Shown: positions 49,706 through 59,500 of the stretch, piece after piece
Layout: every line of letters begins with the position of its first letter
How positions within the stretch are numbered: position 1 is the stretch's first letter
Assembly (NCBI GenBank): GCA_947629555.1
Contig: CANRED010000002.1
Location: forward strand, 3,071 to 67,070
Source: an uncultured Clostridia bacterium
GTDB taxonomy: Bacteria; Bacillota; Clostridia; TANB77; CAG-508
Direction of reading: 5' to 3'
Length of the DNA stretch: 64,000 nt
Program-made: the position numbers and the translations under genes
The notes under the pieces: model-generated
What the model saw: the letters and a program-made list of their open reading frames with translations, nothing else
Told to the model about the DNA's origin: nothing
The model's database searches: none

Positions 49706-49739
49706 ACCATGCCGTTAAACACGGTGTGGTTTTTATTTT
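49706..49739 (+). terminator. rho-independent terminator after carB
   Basis: ACCATGCCGT pairs with ACGGTGTGGT (two G-T wobbles), followed by TTTTTATTTT. Confidence 0.7.
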
Positions 49740-49779
49740 GTATGAAAAACAGATTTTTAATGTACACCAAATTTCATTA

Positions 49780-49852
49780 GAAGTTAATATATATTTATTC
49801 TCAGAGCAGCAGTCTTGTCGAACTTTTCTTTCGAAAAATATATATTAACTTC
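49780..49852. repeat. foldback element with 17-bp perfect AT-rich inverted repeats
   Basis: GAAGTTAATATATATTT (49780-49796) pairs with AAATATATATTAACTTC (49836-49852). The 39-nt interior contains TCGAA/TTCGA. Confidence 0.75.
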
Positions 49853-49978
49853 CTTAACACTACTTTAGCCCCCAACAAAAAACTAACAGTAAAATTCGAA
49901 TTTTATTTGAATAATGTAAATATTTATGATAAAATATAAACCTATGAATTGAAATTATTAAGGGTAAGGAGAGACTGT

Positions 49979-51688
49979 ATGATTAATATAAAAGAAGAGA
50001 TTGCAAATTCAATTGCAAAAACAGTAAATTTAGATGAAAAAGAATTAGCAAATTATATAGAAATACCACCTAATAGTGATTTGGGTGATTATGCTTTTCC
50101 ATGCTTTAAATTGGCAAAGGAATTAAAAAAAGCACCACCAATGATAGCAAACGAAATAAAAGAAAAAATAGTTATAGATGAAAATATTTTAGAAAAAGTA
50201 GAAATTCAAGGTGGATATCTAAATTTCTATGTAAATAAGCAAATGCTTGCAAAAGAAGTATTAACAGAATTAGATAATAAAAAAGAAAAGTTTGGTTCAG
50301 TAAATATAGGAGAAGGCAAAAATGTTGTAATAGATTATTCTTCACCAAATATTGCAAAGCCTTTCCATATAGGACATTTAAGATCAACAGTAATAGGTGG
50401 AGCTTTATATAAAATATACAAGTTTTTAGGATACAATAGTGTTGGTATAAATTACTTAGGAGACTGGGGAATTCAATTTGGAAAAGTAATGACAGGACTA
50501 GAATTATGGAAAGATGAATACGATTTAAGTAACAATACAATAGATGCGGTTTTAAAAATATATGTAAGATTTAGCAAAGAAGAAAAAGAAAAGCCAGAAA
50601 TGACAGATATGGCAAGACAAGCTTTTAAAAAATTAGAAGATGGAGATAAACAAGCATTAGAAACTTGGAAATGGTTAAGAGAAATAAGTTTAGCAAATTA
50701 TGAAAAAACATATAAATTACTAAATGCAAAATTTGATTCATACAATGGAGAAGCATACTACAATGACAAGATGGATAAAGTAGTAGAAGAACTTGAACAA
50801 AAAGGATTATTAAAAGATTCACAAGGTGCAAAAATAGTAGATTTAGAAGAATTTGATATGCCACCATGCATAATAATAACATCAGCTGGAACAACAATAT
50901 ATGCAACAAGAGATTTAACTTCTCTAGAAGATAGAATAAACAAATACGATTTTGAAAAGGCTTTATATGTTGTTGGAAATGAGCAACAATTACATTTCAA
51001 GCAAGTATTTAAAGTATTAGAATTAATGGGATATGAAAAATATGCAAAAAGATGTGAGCATATACCATTTGGTTTAGTCGTAGATAAAGATGGAGAAAAA
51101 ATTGGCTCAAGAAAAGGAAATTCAGTTTTATTAGAGGATATATTAAATGAAGCAATAGAAAAAGTAAAAAATATAATAAACGAAAAAAATCCAGATTTAC
51201 CAGACAAAGATGAGGTCGCAAGAAAAGTTGGAGTAGGTGCAATAATATTTAACGATTTATCAAATAGTAGAATAAAAGATGAAATATTCGATTGGGATAT
51301 GTTATTAAATTTCCAAGGAGAAACAGGACCATATATACAATATATATATGTAAGAACAAATAGTGTATTAACAAAAGCAGGATATACTCCAAGCATAAAA
51401 GATGTAGATTTCTCTAAGGTAACAGAGAAAGAAGCATTTGATATAATAAAATTACTATATTCATTTAGTGACGTTGCAATTCAAGCAGCTGCTAAAAACG
51501 AACCATCCGTTATATCAAGATACTTAATAGATTTAAGTCAAGCTTTCAGTAATTATTACAATCAATATCACATTTTAACAGACGATAAAGCTATACAAGA
51601 TGCACGACTATACTTAACTTATGCTGTAGGAATAGTATTAAAAACAGGTGCAGAATTATTAGGAATGGAAATGCCAGATAGAATGTAA
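49979..51688 (+). CDS. argS: arginine--tRNA ligase
   Basis: SSPNIAKPFHIGHLRS (HIGH region), an anticodon-binding C-terminal domain, ending in RM. ATG 49979 follows GGAGAG. Confidence 0.95.
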   Translation: MINIKEEIANSIAKTVNLDEKELANYIEIPPNSDLGDYAFPCFKLAKELKKAPPMIANEIKEKIVIDENILEKVEIQGGYLNFYVNKQMLAKEVLTELDNKKEKFGSVNIGEGKNVVIDYSSPNIAKPFHIGHLRSTVIGGALYKIYKFLGYNSVGINYLGDWGIQFGKVMTGLELWKDEYDLSNNTIDAVLKIYVRFSKEEKEKPEMTDMARQAFKKLEDGDKQALETWKWLREISLANYEKTYKLLNAKFDSYNGEAYYNDKMDKVVEELEQKGLLKDSQGAKIVDLEEFDMPPCIIITSAGTTIYATRDLTSLEDRINKYDFEKALYVVGNEQQLHFKQVFKVLELMGYEKYAKRCEHIPFGLVVDKDGEKIGSRKGNSVLLEDILNEAIEKVKNIINEKNPDLPDKDEVARKVGVGAIIFNDLSNSRIKDEIFDWDMLLNFQGETGPYIQYIYVRTNSVLTKAGYTPSIKDVDFSKVTEKEAFDIIKLLYSFSDVAIQAAAKNEPSVISRYLIDLSQAFSNYYNQYHILTDDKAIQDARLYLTYAVGIVLKTGAELLGMEMPDRM

Positions 51689-51702
51689 AGGGAGTATATA
51701 TC

Positions 51703-52461
51703 ATGAATAAAAAAACTTATATAATAATTAGCATTATAGTAATCATTGCTATTGCACTTGTTATAGGATTGATTATTTATAACAACGCAAAATCAAATGA
51801 TAATCTAAAAGAAGATATAAAAATTAATCAAGAAGAAAATAATGAAAATGAGGAAGATGAAAGTATGCAAGCAGAAACACAAAAAAATCCAATTGTAACA
51901 ATGAAAATAAAGAATTATGGAACAGTAAAAATGGAATTATATCCTAAATATGCACCTAATACAGTAGCAAATTTTGTTAAATTAGTAAAAGAAGGATTTT
52001 ATAATGGATTAACATTCCATAGAGTAGTTGCAAATTTTGTTGTACAAGGTGGAGGTAGAGATGAAACAGAAAGTTTCACAATACCAGGTGAGTTTAGTAT
52101 AAATAATTACAAGAGAAATACATTAAGGCATGAAAAAGGTGTATTATCAATGGCAAGAGCAGATTATAGCATGTTTGGAGATGCTGAAGTCGCAAAAAAA
52201 GGATATGATTCTGCATCAACTCAATTCTTTATAATGCTAGAAGATCATAGAAGCCTAGATGGATATTATGCAGCTTTTGGAAAAGTAATAGAAGGAATGG
52301 AAACAGTAGAAAAAATGGGAGAATTAGAAACAGATTCTCTTACAGATAAACCACTTAATCCACCTGTTATTGAAAGCATGACAGTAGAAACATTTGGAGT
52401 AGACTATGGAGAACCAACAAGGTATGAGCCATTTGATATTAATGCGTATGTTAATAGGTAA
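51703..52461 (+). CDS. cyclophilin-type peptidyl-prolyl isomerase, membrane anchored
   Basis: N-terminal TM helix and the FHRVVANFVVQGG cyclophilin signature. Confidence 0.85.
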   Translation: MNKKTYIIISIIVIIAIALVIGLIIYNNAKSNDNLKEDIKINQEENNENEEDESMQAETQKNPIVTMKIKNYGTVKMELYPKYAPNTVANFVKLVKEGFYNGLTFHRVVANFVVQGGGRDETESFTIPGEFSINNYKRNTLRHEKGVLSMARADYSMFGDAEVAKKGYDSASTQFFIMLEDHRSLDGYYAAFGKVIEGMETVEKMGELETDSLTDKPLNPPVIESMTVETFGVDYGEPTRYEPFDINAYVNR

Positions 52462-52476
52462 TAAAAGAGGTTGTAT

Positions 52477-53277
52477 ATGAATAAAACAGAGATATTAGAA
52501 AAATATTCAAAACAAGAAGATAAATTATTAATATCAAAGATATTAGATAAAGTAGATATTTGTAAAAGAAAAAACATGGTAACATGTACAGATTTTCTAG
52601 ATATGTACCAATTAAAAATTGCAAAGGTTGCATTGAATTTAACAAAATGCAACCATATTTTATATGGTGGATATGAAGAGGCAAGCAGAGAAATGGTAAT
52701 AATTTATCCAGAAAAATTAACAGAAGAAATGATATTTAGTAATATTAATAACTATATGCAAGTAGTCAGAATAGAGCTTCCTAAAAATTTGTGTGGACAA
52801 TATCTACATAAAGATTATTTAAGCGGTGTAATGAAATTAGGCATAAAAAGAGAAAAATTTGGAGATATAATTGTAGAAGAAAATGGAGCAGACATAGTAG
52901 TAAATGAAGAAATTGCAGAATACCTAGAACAAAATTTGAAACAATTAACAAGATTTAGTAAATCAAAAGTAACTATACAAAAAATAGAGAATATTAGAAA
53001 AGTAGAATTAAAGAAAGAAGATATAAGAATAGTTGTACAATCATTAAGATTAGACAGTATAGTTGCACAACTAGCAAATACATCAAGAACAAATGCAAAT
53101 GAAATAATAATACAAGGCAGAGTGTTTATAAACTATGAAGAACAATTAAAAACAGATAAGCAAATAAAAGAAAAAGATATAATAGTAATACGAGGAAAAG
53201 GAAAATTTGAAATAGATAAAATTGAAGGAATAACGAGAAAAAATAAGCAAATACTAACAATAAAAAAATATATTTAA
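52477..53277 (+). CDS. ylmH: YlmH-like RNA-binding protein with S4 domain
   Basis: The C-terminal S4 motif (RLDSIVAQLANTSRTNANEIIIQGRVFINYE) and N-terminal domain are typical of YlmH. ATG 52477 follows AAGAGG. Confidence 0.7.
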   Translation: MNKTEILEKYSKQEDKLLISKILDKVDICKRKNMVTCTDFLDMYQLKIAKVALNLTKCNHILYGGYEEASREMVIIYPEKLTEEMIFSNINNYMQVVRIELPKNLCGQYLHKDYLSGVMKLGIKREKFGDIIVEENGADIVVNEEIAEYLEQNLKQLTRFSKSKVTIQKIENIRKVELKKEDIRIVVQSLRLDSIVAQLANTSRTNANEIIIQGRVFINYEEQLKTDKQIKEKDIIVIRGKGKFEIDKIEGITRKNKQILTIKKYI

Positions 53278-53380
53278 AAAAATATATAAAATATGAAAAA
53301 ACAATTGCCATTTTAAAAGAAATGTAATATAATTGTAAAGAAATTGTAACAATAATGTAATAAAGAAAGGACAGATGCTG

Positions 53381-54382
53381 ATGTTCGGCTTTGGACAAGA
53401 TATAGGAATAGATTTAGGAACAGCTACAGTAATAGCATATGTAAAGGGAAAAGGAATAGTATTAAGAGAACCTTCCGTTGTTGCTGTAAATAATGTAACA
53501 AATGAGGTTTTAGCTGTTGGACAAGAAGCCAGAAAAATGTTAGGTAGAACACCAGGAAATATAGTAGCAACAAGACCATTAAGAGATGGAGTTATATCAG
53601 ACTATACAGTTACTGAAAAAATGTTAAAGCATTTTATAGGCAAGGTATGTGGAAAGTTTGTATTTGCACCTAGAATAATGATATGTATACCTTCAAGAGT
53701 AACAGAAGTAGAGAAAAAGGCAGTAATAGATGCTGCAACACAAGCAGGAGCAAGAAGAGTGTATTTAATAGAAGAGCCAATAGCAGCAGCAATAGGTGCA
53801 GGAATAGATATATCAAGACCATGTGGAAACATGATAGTAGATATAGGCGGAGGTACAACAGATATTGCAGTAATAGCATTAGGTGGATCTGTAGTTAGTA
53901 CATCTATAAAAGTAGCAGGAGATAAATTAGATGAATACATTGTAAAATATGTAAAAAAGAAACACAATGTAATGATAGGAGAAAGAACAGCAGAAGACCT
54001 AAAAATAAATATTGGTTGTGTATATCCAAAAATTCAAGATACAGAAATGGAAATAAGAGGTAGAGATTTAATTACAGGATTACCAAAAACAATAAAAATA
54101 CATTCAAGTGAAATGATGGAAGCATTAAAAGAACCTGCAGATATGATTATAGATGCTGTACACAGCGTATTAGAAAGAACGCCACCAGAACTTGCGGCAG
54201 ACATAAGTGATAGAGGAATATATATGACAGGTGGAGGATGCTTAATAGATGGATTGGACAAGTTACTTCAAGAAAGAACAGGAATAAACGTAATGGTAGC
54301 AGATGATGCAATATCATGTGTAGCATTAGGAACAGGAAAAGCATTAGATAATTTAGATATATTAGATGGAAGAAAAAAATAG
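53381..54382 (+). CDS. mreB: rod-shape determining actin homologue MreB/Mbl
   Basis: MFGFGQDIGIDLGTA, EPIAAAIGAG, DIGGGTTD motifs. ATG 53375 is an alternative start. Confidence 0.95.
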   Translation: MFGFGQDIGIDLGTATVIAYVKGKGIVLREPSVVAVNNVTNEVLAVGQEARKMLGRTPGNIVATRPLRDGVISDYTVTEKMLKHFIGKVCGKFVFAPRIMICIPSRVTEVEKKAVIDAATQAGARRVYLIEEPIAAAIGAGIDISRPCGNMIVDIGGGTTDIAVIALGGSVVSTSIKVAGDKLDEYIVKYVKKKHNVMIGERTAEDLKINIGCVYPKIQDTEMEIRGRDLITGLPKTIKIHSSEMMEALKEPADMIIDAVHSVLERTPPELAADISDRGIYMTGGGCLIDGLDKLLQERTGINVMVADDAISCVALGTGKALDNLDILDGRKK

Positions 54383-54457
54383 CATTTTGGGGACAGACAT
54401 TTTGGGGACGTGTTAAAAAAACATCTAGATGTTTTTTTAACACGTCCCCAAAATGCT
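54383..54457. repeat. 58-nt perfect palindrome with a duplicated 12-nt arm end
   Basis: CATTTTGGGGAC occurs twice (54383-54394 and 54398-54409). The arm at 54398-54425 is the exact reverse complement of 54428-54455 (28 bp, loop TA). Confidence 0.9.
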
Positions 54458-54533
54458 ATTTTAAACTATTGAAAAAAGTACAAAAATACGATATTATATA
54501 TTAGTTAAAAAACTAGATTAATCGGAGGAATAA

Positions 54534-55815
54534 ATGAAAAAAGTAGCATTTTATACATTGCGGTTGCAAAGTAAATCAGTATGAAACAAATGCAATGATA
54601 CAAAAATTCATTCAAAATAATTATGAAATAGTAGATTTTGAAGAATTTGCAGATATATATGTTATAAATACTTGTACAGTTACCAATATGTCAGATAAAA
54701 AATCAAGGCAAATTATAAGGAGAGCAAAGCACATAAACAATAATTCAATTTTAGTTGTTGTTGGTTGTTATGCACAAGTAGCAAAAGAAAAATTAGAAAA
54801 GATAGATGAAGTGGATATAGTACTAGGAAATAATGAAAAAGGCAATATAGTAGAATTGGTAGAAAATTACGAAAAAAATATTGTATCTGATGTAATGCAA
54901 CAAAAAGAATTTGTTGAATTCGGTACTACTACATATACAGAAAAAACAAGAGCAGTAATAAAGGTACAAGACGGATGTGACAGATTTTGTTCATATTGTA
55001 TAATACCATATGCAAGAGGAAGAGTAAGAAGTAGAAAACTTAAAAACATTGTAGAAGAAATTACTGAAATCGCTAATGAAGGAATAAAAGAGGTTGTAAT
55101 TACAGGCATACATGTAGCATCTTACGGAAAAGATTTTAAAGATGGTACTGAATTAATTGATTTATTAGAAGCTATAAATAATATTTCTGGTATAGAAAGA
55201 ATACGTTTAGGTTCATTAGAACCAACAATAATAACAGAAGAATTTTTAAGTAGATTAACAAAATTAGAGAAAATATGTGACCATTTTCATTTATCTTTGC
55301 AAAGCGGATGTAATGAAACTTTAAAAAGAATGAATAGAAAATATACTATAGAAGAGTTTGAGCATATAGTTAATTTATTAAGAAATGCTTACCCCAATGT
55401 AGCATTAACAACTGATATAATAGTAGGTTTTCCCGGAGAATCAGAAAACGAATTTGAATGTACATATAAGTTTTTAAGTAAAATAAAATTTATGAAAATG
55501 CATATATTTAAATATTCACAAAGAAATGGAACAAAAGCTGCTATAATGGAAAATCAAATAGATGGAAATATTAAAGAAGAAAGAAGCAATAAACTTATTG
55601 AATTATCTGATAAAAATGAAGCAGAGTTTATGAAACAATACATAGGAAAACAAATTGATGTACTATTTGAACAAATTGTAGGAAATTATATAGAAGGGCA
55701 TACAAAAAATTACATGGTAGTAAAAGTTCCAAAAGATGCAGAACTAGAAAACAAAATAAAAACAGTAACTATAACTAAATTTAATAATCTTGCATTAGAA
55801 GGAGAAATAAATTAA
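54534..55815 (+). pseudogene. mtaB: tRNA methylthiotransferase MtaB (YqeV-like) with a 1-nt frameshift near the 5' end
   Basis: ATG 54534 follows GGAGGA and encodes MKKVAFYTL. An extra C at about 54561 then shifts the frame, giving a stop at 54582-54584. The other frame continues GCKVNQYETNAMIQKF into the tracked ORF 54595..55815, which carries the radical-SAM motif CDRFCSYC. Confidence 0.8.
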
Positions 55816-55885
55816 AAATTCTTTACATTAAAAATGCCCAATGATATAATTACCAAGGAAAATTTAAATTATAAAAGGAGTAATT

Positions 55886-57349
55886 ATGATTACTTTAGAG
55901 CAAGTTATAAAACTTTTAGATAATAAAAAACTTATACGAAATAAAGATTGCAAAGAAGATACACAAATAGAATTTATATCATACGATTCTAGGAATATAA
56001 AGCCAAATTCATTGTTCTTTTGCAAGGGTGAACATTATAAAACAGAATATTTGGAGCAAGCAATAAGTAAGGGAGCAGTTGTATATATTTCTGAAGAGAA
56101 ATATGATATTAATGCACAATATATAGTAGTTACAGATATACAAAAAGCAATGGCGATAATTGCTGCAGAATTTTATGGATATGCTTTTAGAGACTTAGAA
56201 ACAATAGGAATAACTGGAACCAAGGGAAAAACTACAGTAACATGTTTCATACAAAATATATTAAATGAATATACAAAATCAAGAACAGCAATAATATCTA
56301 CAATAAATACATATACAGGGACAACAGATGAATTATCTCAAATGACAACACCAGAAGCAGTAGATTTACAAAGATTATTTTATGAAGCAAAGCAAAATAA
56401 TTGCAAATACTTAACTATGGAAGTAAGCTCACAAGGATATAAAAAAGACAGAGTATACGGAGTAGAATTTAAAAATGGAATATTTTTAAACATAGGAGAA
56501 GATCACATAAGTGCTAGAGAACATCCGAATTTTGAAGACTATTTACATTGTAAAATACAGTTAGTAAAAAATTCAAAAAGAGTTATAATAAACAAAAATA
56601 CAGACTATTTTAATGTAATATATAGTGAAAGTAAAAATGCACAACAAGTAATTACTTATGGAACGGATGAGACGGCAGACTACTATTATTCAAATGTAGA
56701 AAAAACAAAATTAGGATTTAAGTTTAATGCAATAAGTAAAGCTAATAATTATAATCAAAAATTTGAAATAAATATACCAGGAAGATTTAACATTGAAAAT
56801 GCACTAGTAGCAATTACATTAGCAAAACAATTAGGAGTTGATGATGATAGTATAAGATTAGGACTTCTAAAAACAGTAGTAAAAGGTAGAATGAACGTTT
56901 TCGAAAAAAACGGAATAACTGTAATTGTAGATTATGCACATAACAAACTAAGTTATACAAAATTATATGAATCATTAAAATTAGATTATCCAAATCGTAG
57001 AATAGTATCTGTAGGAGGATGTGTAGGAGGAAAAGCCTATAATAGAAGAGAAGAGTTTGGAAAAATTGTTGGAGGAAATTCAGACTATGTATATTTAACA
57101 GCTGTTGACCCACAGTATGAAAAAGTTGAAGATATATGTAGAGATATAGCTTTATATATTGATGATAAAAGTAAATATGAAATAATACCAGATAGAAAAA
57201 CTGCTGTAGAAAAAGCAATAACATCTGCAAAAGAGGGAGATGTTGTTGTTTTAGTTGGAAAAGGTGAAGAAGAATATCAAAAAATAAATGGAATATCTGA
57301 AAAGTATGAGTCAGATTTAGCAATAGCAAAAAGAATGTTAAAAATTTAA
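55886..57349 (+). CDS. murE: UDP-MurNAc-L-Ala-D-Glu:diamino acid ligase
   Basis: GITGTKGKTT P-loop and Mur ligase middle and C-terminal domains. Substrate is uncertain (see findings). Confidence 0.9.
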   Translation: MITLEQVIKLLDNKKLIRNKDCKEDTQIEFISYDSRNIKPNSLFFCKGEHYKTEYLEQAISKGAVVYISEEKYDINAQYIVVTDIQKAMAIIAAEFYGYAFRDLETIGITGTKGKTTVTCFIQNILNEYTKSRTAIISTINTYTGTTDELSQMTTPEAVDLQRLFYEAKQNNCKYLTMEVSSQGYKKDRVYGVEFKNGIFLNIGEDHISAREHPNFEDYLHCKIQLVKNSKRVIINKNTDYFNVIYSESKNAQQVITYGTDETADYYYSNVEKTKLGFKFNAISKANNYNQKFEINIPGRFNIENALVAITLAKQLGVDDDSIRLGLLKTVVKGRMNVFEKNGITVIVDYAHNKLSYTKLYESLKLDYPNRRIVSVGGCVGGKAYNRREEFGKIVGGNSDYVYLTAVDPQYEKVEDICRDIALYIDDKSKYEIIPDRKTAVEKAITSAKEGDVVVLVGKGEEEYQKINGISEKYESDLAIAKRMLKI

Positions 57350-57429
57350 AAAATATATTGCAAAAAGAAAATTAATGCTATATTATAATAAAGTATAATA
57401 TATTTTGTAAATATACTAAGGAGGAAAAA

Positions 57430-58143
57430 ATGAATAAACAAACAAATGAAAATGAATTAAACTGTACAAATATAGAAAATCAAGGAACAGTACCAGAAAA
57501 TATAGAAAATGCATTTAGTGATTTAATATCAGAATATTTTGAAAATGATACAACACAAAATGCTGATAATATACAAACAGGAACAGTACTAGATTGGGAT
57601 TCAGTAGCAAATGGGCAATTATTTACAAACAATCAAACTCAAGAAAATGCACAAAATGTTGTAACAAATAATAATAATAATAATGTATTATATAATAACC
57701 TTGAAACAATAAATGAAAAAATTACACCGACCCAAGAAGTACAAAATAATGGTATAAATGGAATATATAAAAATTTACAATCAGCTACAGATAATATTAA
57801 TTATCAAAATAATGTAAATAATATGTTATACAACGAAATAGGAAATGTAAATACACAATCAACAAATGGTAACCCTTATGGAGTAGTACCAGTAGAAGAA
57901 AATTTATTAACAGGAGTAGATAATAGTACAAATAATGCAGAGACTATAAATTCAACTAATACACAAGGAACAGATTTTAAATTAACACAAGCAAATCTAC
58001 CTGTTAAAATAGGATTCTGGACAAAAGTAAGAAACTTCTTTATGGCGGATTCTAAAATATTATATTCAGTGAACCAAACACAGACTAATACCGGATTATG
58101 GAACAAAGTACAAAATTTCTTTTCATTTGGAAAAAATAAATAA
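57430..58143 (+). CDS. Asn/Gln/Thr-rich low-complexity protein with two C-terminal WxKVxNFF motifs
   Basis: Good RBS (AAGGAGG). No signal peptide or TM segment visible. Contains an NNNNNN run. GFWTKVRNFF and GLWNKVQNFF lie near the C-terminus. Confidence 0.6.
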   Translation: MNKQTNENELNCTNIENQGTVPENIENAFSDLISEYFENDTTQNADNIQTGTVLDWDSVANGQLFTNNQTQENAQNVVTNNNNNNVLYNNLETINEKITPTQEVQNNGINGIYKNLQSATDNINYQNNVNNMLYNEIGNVNTQSTNGNPYGVVPVEENLLTGVDNSTNNAETINSTNTQGTDFKLTQANLPVKIGFWTKVRNFFMADSKILYSVNQTQTNTGLWNKVQNFFSFGKNK

Positions 58144-58164
58144 TTAAAACTATATAAATATTTA

Positions 58165-58194
58165 AAAAGAATACTTGCCAAGTATTCTTTTTTG
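58165..58194 (+). terminator. rho-independent terminator
   Basis: AAAAGAATACTT pairs with AAGTATTCTTTT around loop GCC, and the right arm runs straight into further T residues. Confidence 0.75.
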
Positions 58195-58205
58195 GTATAA
58201 AATAG

Positions 58206-59273
<1,068 letters not shown>

Positions 59274-59323
59274 AACTACAAGAAAGTATAAAAATCTAAC
59301 ACACCCATAAATGCAGTAAAATT

Positions 59324-59352
59324 TGTAGGGAACAGACCAACGTCGTTCCGTT
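59324..59352 (+). repeat. REP-like unit J
   Basis: TGTAGGGAACAGACCAACGTCGTTCCGTT, identical to 3371-3399. Confidence 0.9.
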
Positions 59353-59453
59353 AAAAATATATCATACGAAAAATAGATTTATCTATGGTTAAATCTACTA
59401 GAAATCGGGTGCTAAATTTATATTTTCTATATGTTACAAATAGGTTTTTAATT

Positions 59454-59478
59454 GGGGCGGGGCTTGACTCCGCTTACA
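59454..59478 (-). repeat. REP-like variant K in inverted orientation
   Basis: The minus strand reads TGTAAGCGGAGtcaagCCCCGCCCC, that is GTAA plus the stem GCGGAG/CCCCGC (one G-T wobble). Confidence 0.55.
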
Positions 59479-59500
59479 TAAATTTTAGGAGGAAAATTTT

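Noticed and set aside
54558-54566. Programmed +1 ribosomal frameshift in mtaB, with the rare CGG codon after TTG.
   Set aside because: There is no recognisable slippery P-site codon that re-pairs in the +1 frame, no stimulatory SD-like element or stop codon as in prfB, and no precedent for this gene family. A mutation or sequence error is more parsimonious.
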